From Octopus vulgaris (Eukaryota): 64,000 nucleotides of DNA. Below the pieces are notes generated by a model. The model worked only from the letters and a program-made list of their open reading frames with translations, was not told the DNA's origin and ran no database searches. Positions 54,093 through 64,000 of this stretch are shown piece after piece. The position numbers and the translations under genes were made by a program. The stretch's first letter is position 1. Each line of letters starts with the position of its first letter. Location: assembly GCA_951406725.2 (NCBI GenBank), contig OX597823.1, forward strand, positions 16,864,001-16,928,000, given 5' to 3'.

Positions 54093-54156
54093 TTGTTGGC
54101 CTCTTTTCACTCTTCACAGTATTGTTGTTCATCATCGTCATCATTGTCAGTATCAG
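54093..54156 (+). CDS. Coding exon 10 (transmembrane helix)
   Basis: ttcttttcttctttag| ... AG|gtaaat; phase 1 to 2; VVGLFSLFTVLLFIIVIIVSI. Confidence 0.83.
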
Positions 54157-54198
54157 GTAAATCTTATATATTATTTATCTTTACTCTCATATTATTTC

Positions 54199-54232
<34 letters not shown>

Positions 54233-54499
54233 CTATGTGTGTTAATCTGTATGCTTATATGTGTTTGTATTTGTCTGTGTGTTTCTCTAAAATATAGTAA
54301 AGAGGACATTACCAAAGTTTTTGTGTGTGTGTGTATGTGTGTGGATATATGTGATATTCTCCTACCATCTTTATGCATGGCCACAAACCATATTCCGCTC
54401 TCTCTCTCTCTCACTTTCCACCTGTCTCTTCTCCTTTTCACAGATAAACACCACTGCAACCCTTCCGTATTCTACTCTCTGATCCCAGAACCATACCTA

Positions 54500-54960
54500 T
54501 CTTCCTTACACCAAGATGAGCATCCCATAAATCTTCCAGTAAGAAGCCCCACATTGGCCAGCCCCAGGCAAGAAGGCACTTATTAATGTGTTTGCCAGCG
54601 ATGCAACTCCTGTCTCTACATTAACAATACTACAACCATCACTGGGCCTAAGAGACAACATCCTATTACACAGAACTTCTAACCTTAAATATTGCATCAC
54701 CTGCAAATTGTGTGACACCTTTATGGCACATTGGGGAAACAGGGTGACACCTTGCTGATCACTTCTGGGAGCATATTTAAAGCCATCTACTTCATTTGCT
54801 GGGACAACCTGTCACCACCCTAACACTACAGGGCATTCCATGGTATGTATCAATATCTGGCATTGATACACGCCACGGATCCACTTTCTCAAGAAAACAG
54901 AAAGTAACAACGTTTCATATTTGAACCTGGAACCCAGTCACCGACAGGTTTATACTGAAT
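54500..54960 (+). mobile_element. Penelope-like GIY-YIG endonuclease remnant
   Basis: TSNLKYCITCKLCD...GETG...DHFWEH. Confidence 0.65.
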
Positions 54961-55419
54961 GTTTTTCCTTGTGTCTGAAATGTTTGGTTTCCCACCCCTT
55001 TCAGCAAGTTCACTCTACTCTTTTATCAAATGACTACAATAAATACATACAAACATACACCATTTCATAGTTGGCCTCAACAGACTTCAGCCACATCCCT
55101 GCTATATTCTTGGGATATTTGTTTGTTTGTCAAATTACTTCTCTTCTAATGATCACGGTCTTTTATAATAATGGAATGTTCTCATTCTTCTGTTAAAAAG
55201 TTACGTGAGAAATACCTGTAATAAGCTAACAAATCTCCATATGTTATTATTCATTTGATTATGTATAAATATATATGACACACATGTGTAAAAATTAACA
55301 GGTAAACCCCATTAGTATTTCAATATCTTCTTTCCTTTCTTCATTTCATTAATGCATGCGACGCATATATGGATGAGGACAGCTGCATAAAGAAGTGCTG
55401 AGCTCTAATTATACAGGCA

Positions 55420-56380
55420 GAAACGATAGGGCGACCAGGGTTGTTGAGATTATGTATTTAGAGAAGGAAGGTGGCAGTGAGGGGGTGAACAGAAGAGAAG
55501 ATAAGGTCATGGATGGTGGAGGACACTAGCTGTTGGTAGGAGGAGGTGGGGTCGGAGGGGAGGAGGCAATAGAAGAGGGGATTTTGAAGTTGGCTAAGTG
55601 CTTCCTCTCTGTATAGGTCTATGCGTCGCACGACCACTGCTCCACCTTTGTCTGCCAGTTTGATGACGATGTTGTCGCAGCGATGGAGGTCGCGAAGGGC
55701 AATCGATTCAACACGGGTGAGGTTGGCTCGGAGGGTTCCTTTTTTGAAATTAAATTGGTTGACCAATGCATTGCAGTTGTGCACGAACAAGTCTAGGCTA
55801 CTGAATTGGCCTGGAGGCGGCGTCCAGCTCCGAAAAGCAATCCTGATTGTCATGACGTTGTGTAGATGTGTGGAAAAACACGCATTGTTTGATGCGGTGT
55901 AGGAACTGGCTGACGTCAGTGCGGGTCTCAAATTCGGCACAGTGGTGCATGAGAGTCGTGAAACGGAGTCCCCTACTGAGGAGCGAGCGCTCGACAGTGG
56001 GTAGGGGGAGGTTTGGTGGTATAGTGACAACAGTGCGAGGGAGCAGAGTGGGGTCAGGAAGAGGGGTGCAGAGGTGTGGGGAGGAGGGTTGGAATGGTTG
56101 GGTGAAGATGGGGTAGGGGTGGGAAAGTCAGGCTGGGTTGTGTGTGTGTGGATCTGTGGAGGATGCAAGGAGAGGGGTGTGGTGGATGCGGGGATTGGGA
56201 GGGTCGGGGGGAGCTGAAAGGGAAGGTGTAGGGGTGTGGGAGGGGAAGGAGGTGATGGGTTGAGGAAGTTGTGGAGTTGGTGGTTGAGATTAATAATGAA
56301 GCATGAATGGGTTGGGTGACAATTAGAGTGGCGTACTCTGAATGAATGGTAACAGTAATCTGCAGGTGTCAAAATTCCAG
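55420..56380 (-). mobile_element. Penelope-like RT N-terminal remnant
   Basis: IVIKLADKGGAVVV, PGRPIVS. Confidence 0.85.
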
Positions 56381-57192
56381 AAATTTGTTATCCAAAGTCA
56401 GTCAGAAGGCCGAGGTTCGTGTGAGCGTGCAGTATATATAGTTAATCCAAACATGAACAAGGAGAAAACACATCCAACGCGAGGACGTGGAACAAGTATA
56501 GTGTTATTGGATGCTCAGGAAAGGAGAGAAAGAAGGAGGATTTAACATTCCAAGCGGAGCTCTTTGTCAGAAATATTGAAAAAAGGAAAAGTCCAAGGAA
56601 GGGAAGACAGATATATGTGTGTGTGTGTAATGTATATATATATATATATATATGTAATGTGTATATATGTATAACAGGATACAGTCATGGGTCAGATCTA
56701 ATTTCGATTCGTCAAAAAAATGATGACGTATTTCTTCCGTGGCCAAACTGTCATTCAGCTTGGTTGGTTTCCTAACAGGATATATTCGTTGAGACTGGGT
56801 TTTGATTGGTTTGGAACTATATGACGTCAGTGAACAGTTCAAGTGACCACAGCTAAGCTGAGCTGATATAAACCCAACAATCACAAAATTCACCAAAATT
56901 ATACGAACAGACACCAACCAAAAATCATTACTGTTGCTCCCATTGGAACACAAGGTCAAATCTAAAATGAACTCCTCGCCTTTTCAAGAACATGAATTTT
57001 TTATATTTGTCTCTATTGAATATATGTCACAATTATGAACTATTACATCATACTCTTTAAACATATAGCATGAACTCTCTTTATTATATATAATGTTTTT
57101 TGATAAGGTTCGTCATTTCAAGAACCGAATCATGTTAAAAAATAAAAATTAAAATTTGTCTAATATAGCAGCATTTTCAAACTTCATTTTTT

Positions 57193-57235
<43 letters not shown>

Positions 57236-57236
<1 letters not shown>

Positions 57237-57372
57237 CTTATAAACAAGGGCAAAAGAAAAAATTTCTAATGCCAAATATGCCCAAATAGACTTAATCATC
57301 AATAACCATATATTATATGGTTATTGATATTTGGCGTTAGAAATTTTTTTCTTTTGCTCTTGTTTATAAGTT
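57236..57372. repeat. Hairpin/foldback
   Basis: aacttataaacaag...aatttctaatgccaaata vs tatttggcgttagaaatt...cttgtttataagtt; inner atcaataaccata/tatggttattgat. Confidence 0.88.
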
Positions 57373-57469
57373 CTTTATAAATTTAACCTTTAAAGGTATT
57401 TTTTTAATATGCTGGGCATTGATAAAATTTTTTTTTTCGAAAAAAATTTTATCCTATATTAGATGTATG

Positions 57470-58120
<651 letters not shown>

Positions 58121-58299
58121 ATGTGTGTGTACATATGTCCGTATGTAATGTATTTATGTATGTGTGTAATAATCCCATTTACAGAATCTTGCATATCATA
58201 TTACTGTAGCAATATCACAAAGTTATCAGGGCAGCAGCTGAGATGCCTGAGGATCACCTAAAGTGATTCACAGTGTATAACGTCCAAAAACTTTTGTTA

Positions 58300-59290
58300 G
58301 ATCAACAAACACTTGTGAGAGGCTTTGTTGTTGTTCAAAACACTTTCCCTGAACTTTTCATCAATATCATACCTCTTCTACTTGGGTTTCATCTGAAGCC
58401 TCATTGGGATTCTGGTAAGATCCAATCTGTGATGTGGACATTTAGCCTTGTCAGAAGTATTGTAGCAACGATTTCCCCTGTCGCTGTCAAAAAGCAATGC
58501 CACAGTGTTTTTCACAGCTCTTATGTGGTCCCTTGTCTTTTACAAAGGTATCAAGATAGGGACTCACCAGTCTTTAGGTATTGCACCAGCTGCCGAGATG
58601 TTGCATATGAACCTTTGCATAAGGAGCACCACGTTCTCTCTACCATGACAATAAATCTCAGCAGAAACACCATCCTTGCCAGCCATCTGCTCTGTTAGCC
58701 AGCTGCCTTGCCATCCAGTTGCCTTGCCATCTAGCTGCCTTACCAGCCAGTAAACTTGCCAGCCTGCTGTCCTGCCATGCAGCAGCTTTGCCAACCAGCT
58801 GCCTTGACAGCCACCTTGCCAATATTTGGCAGATCAATGGCTGATTTTACTTTACTGAACAGAACAGAGAAGTGTTCTTCCCATCGGTTTGAGATCATCT
58901 CAAGGCTAGTGCAAAGCTCTTTTCCATCTTTAGGGCAGAAAGGAGACACAGTTGGCACTCTTGATCCAAAGGTTTGCTTCATGAGATTCTTGAGCTCTTT
59001 GCTACCCTTGTTGTGAGCCACCAGAAAAGCCATGCAGAAGGACCTGTTTCAAACTATGATGACTTTCTTGCTGGGGACAACCGTACATGCATTGCCCACT
59101 AGTAAACATCAATAAATCACTCAGACTTTTCTCCAGCACACAAGGGTGCACAGAGAAAATCATATGATTGATCTGGAATAGCCAAGAAGTCAGAAGAATT
59201 CGTATGGATGGATGTCAAATCTGCAACAAGTTCCTTAAGTCTTTGGCGCGATCCAAGAGTCATTATAATTCTCCCAACATATAATGCTGT
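58300..59290 (-). mobile_element. RTE-type LINE remnant
   Basis: RWEEHFSVLF, KMAGKDGVSAEIY, GAIPKDW. Confidence 0.7.
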
Positions 59291-59529
59291 GATATAATCT
59301 ATTTAGTAAGCTATACTCATTTATTAAGTCAACTGTCATCATCATCTATGTATGTATGTATGTATATACGTGCATGCATGTGTGTACTTATGTATCAATG
59401 TATGTACATATATCTATCTATCTGTCGTCTACCTGTTTATTTGTCTATCTCTCTATCTATTTCTTTATTTATACACACACACTAACATAACTCTATATTC
59501 GGGCAGATGCATGAATCAGTGTCGGAGAG

Positions 59530-60130
59530 GAGAGGCATTAGGCTAACCACCCAGTTGAAGCTGTACTAAGCAGTTGTACTGCCTAAGCTGCTGTATGCCT
59601 ACGACACTTGGGTGGTTTATGAACACCATGCCAAAAAGCTAGACAGCTTCCACATAAACTGCTTGAAAAAGCTGTTGAAAATTAACAGGAAAGACAAGTT
59701 TAACAGATGCATTGGTCTTCTCTTAAGCTCTCTAGCTAAGGAGAGTGCAAGTCAGGTGTGTAGGTCACTTTGTCCTGGTGACTGACATGAGACTCTCAAA
59801 GAGACTGTTTCACAGTGAACTGGCAGAAGGCAAGGGCACACAAGTCAGACAGAAAAAGTGCTTCAAGAACATAAGCAAAGGCTCACTGAAGAGCTTTGAG
59901 ACCAATCCTGATCCGTAAGAAATGCAAAGACAACACTGTCCAGCCTGACAAATATGCACCAACAGAGGTTCAACCTCTTACAAAGAGAACAGGATTGCAG
60001 GGCATAAAGAAAGCATGGACTGCAAAAGCTCAGAGCCCAATTTTTGCTTTCAGTCTCAGTAGGTCACCAGTGCCTGACCTGCAACAGAGTCTTCTGAGCA
60101 AGCATCAGACTGGTCAGCCACAGTTGGATA
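59530..60130 (+). mobile_element. RTE-type LINE 3' remnant
   Basis: VVLPKLLYAYDTWVVY..HAKKLDSFHINCLKKLL. Confidence 0.7.
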
Positions 60131-61039
60131 CTCTCTGACTTGTCTTCTACATAGTTACATATATATGTGTGTGTGTTTGTGTGCACATGTGTATGGCAAG
60201 AAGGGGCAGAGAGAGAAATTTATATCCAATTATATCGTCATCATCATTATCATTGTCAAACATTTGTTTTCTATGATGGCATGGATTAGAGGGTTTGACT
60301 AGAGCTGGGAAGCCAGAGGGCTAAACCAGGCTTCAATTGTCTATTCTAGTATGGACGGGCATCCAGCTGTAAAATGGCTGGATGCCTTTCCTAATGCCAA
60401 CCACTTTACAGTGTGTACTTTTTATGTGACATCAGTACAGGTGCTTTCTATGTGGCACCGGTACCAGTGGGGTTGCCAAATAGCTTGCAAAATAGAGAAA
60501 TGGAGTGGAACTGAGGAAAGTGATCGTGTACCAGGCAAGAGGTTAGAGTATAATAGCTGGACAGAGATAGTTGTGTTACTATAAAGGGAACACTTGCTGC
60601 TCCAGTAAGACTTGGGAGGAGAGAAAGGTAGGAAGGAGTTGGAGAGAAAGTAAGATAGAGAGAGAGGGAGAGAGACAAGTAGATGGTGTTGGAGAAGTAT
60701 TGGGAACTACCCACAGGGAACAGTACTGTGGGGAGTATAAGTAGGAGAAAGGGGATAGAGGGGGATGTTCCATAAGAGTGTGAGGAGATAGGGAGAAGAG
60801 ATAACTGGTGAGTGACTGGGAGGGGGATGTTGTAGATATATACAAGGGCACGGAGAGTGTGCCAATAAGCATGTGAGGGAGAGGAGGGGAGAGTCCTGCG
60901 ACAGGTGGTGAGAGTGTTGGGAAGATGGGTCGTGGGGCAGTTTTGACAGAGGACACATTATGTGTGTGTGGGGAAGGGAGAATGCACAGCTGTAAAGGAC
61001 ATGCCTGCATGTAGGGATGGCCATGGTTTTACTGCAAAC

Positions 61040-61605
61040 TTGCCAGATGTCTTGGTCCCTTGTCATCTCCTCTGTGAGGTTCAACATCAGATCAGTTCTC
61101 ACCACTTCACCCCAAATCTTCTTGGGTCTATCCCTTCTTCAGCTTCCCACCAGTTTCAGATCAGTACTCCCTTATGCATCTGTCCTTGTCCATACACATC
61201 ACATGATCATACCAGTGCAGTCTCCTCTCTTGCACACAACATCTGTTGCCGCTCATATCCAAATATTCCTCTCAAATCACTTACACTCGGTTATACATGC
61301 ACACACTGACATTACCCATCCAGTGGAGCATGCTGGTTTCATTCCTTTCAGGCATCCGTATCTCCTTTGTAGCCACAACCCATGCTTCACTGCCATGAGG
61401 CATAGTTCTTCTTACACAGGCATCATACATTCTGCCTTTCACAATGACGGGGAGGCCCCTTGTGACGAACAAAGGTAGTACTTACCCAAACTTTGCCCAG
61501 CCTATTCTTATTCTAGCAAGTAGGCTTTCAGAACATCCTCCTTCATTGCTAACTTAGTTACCAAGGTAACAGATGTTATCTACTACACCTAAGAATTCCC
61601 CAGAC
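61040..61605 (-). mobile_element. RTE RT remnant
   Basis: KGRMYDACVRRTMPHGSEAW. Confidence 0.8.
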
Positions 61606-61664
61606 ATTTAAGGAAATCTATTCTGTATACACACACACACACACTTACCCTCACCCATCATCAT

Positions 61665-61725
<61 letters not shown>

Positions 61726-61726
<1 letters not shown>

Positions 61727-61946
61727 GGAGATGTACTCGCATAGCAAGTAATTTGATCTGAGATCGTGTGCTGAAACGAAAACAATTGCAGCGTGGAAGG
61801 TGTTTGTAAGCCATTTAAGAAACACACAAAAGCCGTTCGATTCACTTCAACATTTAAGTTTAATTTGTCAAAATATTTTCGTCGCTAAAATCCGCGACCT
61901 GTTCACTGACAAAAATCTGTGCTGCATCTGAGAAAGTAACAGTTAG
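61726..61946. repeat. Dispersed repeat of the family at 5757-5955, 8070-8245 and 10310-10470
   Basis: gtaagccatttaagaa...cgacctgttcactga...ctgagaaagtaacagtta. Confidence 0.8.
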
Positions 61947-62019
61947 TTCGTCATATATATGTACGTATGTATGTGTGTATGTATGCATACACATATGTAT
62001 GCATGTATGTATGTATGTA

Positions 62020-62095
<76 letters not shown>

Positions 62096-62104
62096 CTGTT
62101 GCAG

Positions 62105-62354
62105 GTACCAGATGCTGAAAAACAACTCAAGCCAAGGTCACACATCAACACCTCAAGGCTCTAGAAAAGGAAGCCAAAGTCACACATCAACACCTCAAGA
62201 CTCTAGAAAAGGAAGCCAAAGTAACACACCAACTCCTCAAGCCAGTAGTAAAAGTAATGACTCTATTCCCATGCAAGATGACAGGTTGGATGACACCTCA
62301 GCACCCAGTATCAGATTAGTCCCTCCACGGCAAACCACAGAAATATATTATTAA
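62105..62354 (+). CDS. Coding exon 11 (cytoplasmic tail, stop)
   Basis: ttgtctgttgcag|, phase 2 matches exon 10; RYQMLKNN...QTTEIYY* ; ATTAAA at ~62350 and ~62366, AATAAA at ~62518. Confidence 0.8.
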
Positions 62355-62529
62355 ATTTATTCTCATTAAATTTATTAATCTAATTTACATTGAATATTTT
62401 TTTTATCGATTACAATAAGTAAAGATTACAACAAATTTTTTTCAGAAATTGCGTAAAAAATCGGATTAAGCACTTTGGCAGCTTGGCTGATTTGGGCAAG
62501 TTGGTAGGAGGTCAAAAAATAAAAAGGTC

Positions 62530-63650
62530 AATAATTGTATAAAAAAACCCCAAAAAATACATATCCTTTGCATGCAAGCAAGGCGGTCATAAATGTATAT
62601 AAAAAGTAAATCTCTTTAAGTCTGGCAGCAATGCAGTAACAGAATTTTGAGTATTTTAAAGAACAGTAAAGAATAATTCTAACATTTTCAGGAAGGAGGT
62701 AAGAAATTCTATTTAACATACCAAGAGTACGGGTATTTTGTTTTAATAAATTGCTTATATGTGTTTTCAAACTGAGTGACTCATCAATATGAATGCTGAG
62801 AAATTTTGTTGATGTTACATGTGAAATTGCTTTACCTGTGGTGAGGACATTAGTCAGAAGCTGTTTGGGCTTTGTGGAGAAAAGCATGGAACAGGTCATT
62901 TTTTTATATTAAGGGTAAGCCAGTTAGTGATAAGCCATTGATAAACCCTGTCCAGTTCTGAATTAATTGTATTGAATAGGGAGGGAAGGTCCTGGTGACT
63001 AATAAAAATAGTAGAGTCATCAGCAAAGTGTAGAAAATTTCATAAATTAGTAATGGGCCCAGTACGGACCCCTGGGGGACTCCTAGATTTATAGTAGATA
63101 ATGGTGATTTTGATGTTTGAACAGAAACATACTGTTTGCGCTGTGAGAGGTACGATCTAAACCAACAATATATCTGAATGTACAGAATCGAATGCTTTAC
63201 TGATATCTAAGTAAAGTGCAAGGAAGTATTTAGAGATGTTTAGCGAACTGTTGGCATGATCTAGAAATTCAAGGATTGCATCAGCAGTACTTAAGTTTTC
63301 TCTAAAGCCAACCTGTTTTATAGACTGGAATGACACATGCCATTTTTAGAGAGTTAGGGAATATGCCTTGAGCAACTAATTCAGAAAAGAGCATTGCTAA
63401 TAGGTAAGTTGATTATGTCAACAGACTGTTTGTAAATATATGAAGGGATACTTTCATTTGAGTCTGGTTTATTTTTGAGGGAGTTTATAACGGATCTTAC
63501 TTCGTCTGGGGAAGAAGAAAATGCAAAGAAGAAATTCGGGTTACTAGGGCCCATGTAGAACAATGGGGGCTGGGAGGATAGGGGGGATTTGATTGTTAAG
63601 GTTTGTAGCTATATTAGAGAAGTAATTATTGAAGGCACAGGCTATATCTA
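62530..63650 (-). mobile_element. L2/Crack/CR1-group LINE RT remnant
   Basis: [34 protein letters not shown]. Confidence 0.85.
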
Positions 63651-63871
63651 TTTCTTTACTACCCACAAGAGGCTAAACACAGAGAGGACAAACAAGGACA
63701 GACAAACGGATTAAGTCGATTACATCGACCCCAATGCGTAACTGGTATTTATTTTTATCGACCCCGAAAGGATGAAAGGCAAAGTCAACCTCGGCGGAAT
63801 TTGAACGCACAACGTAACAGCAGCCGAAATACCGCAAAGCATTCCACCCGACGTGCTAACGATTCTGCCAG
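63649..63871 (-). mobile_element. tRNA-derived SINE, family 3, 5'-truncated
   Basis: Reverse complement of the 35036 family; gctatatc flanks both sides. Confidence 0.85.
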
Positions 63872-64000
63872 CTATATCATGTGGGTTGGTAATTTATTTT
63901 CCTGTAAAATTTCATGAGTCGTATGTTTCTTTTTTTGATTGTTTGTGTGTTTCTTGTTTTCCATGTTTTCACTGCATCACCAAGCTGCTGCTGCTGTTGT

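Noticed and set aside
55458-56372. 304-aa host gene
   Set aside because: The C-terminal part is Penelope RT (ADKGGAVVV) and the N-terminal part is low-complexity.
61870-61915. Hammerhead ribozyme in the dispersed repeat (minus strand gtcgc...gcgacgaaa)
   Set aside because: A stem and GAAA are present but the CUGAnGA core is not canonical (cagtgaacag); not supportable without a covariance-model search.

Overview
AT-rich eukaryotic DNA dense in transposons and microsatellites. The SINE, RTE and Helitron repertoire looks like octopus/cephalopod DNA (inference). None of the supplied ORFs is a whole gene. Reading splice sites by eye gives one phase-consistent 11-exon + strand gene (15205-62354, 1614 nt, 537 aa). 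It encodes a type I membrane protein: signal peptide, four ~100-aa beta-rich modules each encoded by a long+short exon pair (possibly divergent PLAT/LH2-like), one TM helix, and a Ser/Thr-rich repeat tail ending EIYY. Its signal-peptide exon lies in a ~2.3-2.5 kb inverted duplication (242-2797 / 13489-15825). The mirror arm carries an intact minus-strand copy of that exon pointing out of the window. The interval between the arms holds nested inverted repeats centred near 9.3 kb, so the first ~16 kb reads as a degenerate giant palindrome between two head-to-head gene starts. The rest is tRNA-derived SINEs, RTE/CR1/L2/R4-like LINE remnants, Penelope, Gypsy, mariner, Helitrons, TTAA MITEs, foldback elements and microsatellites. 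TE boundaries are approximate unless a TSD or terminus is quoted.
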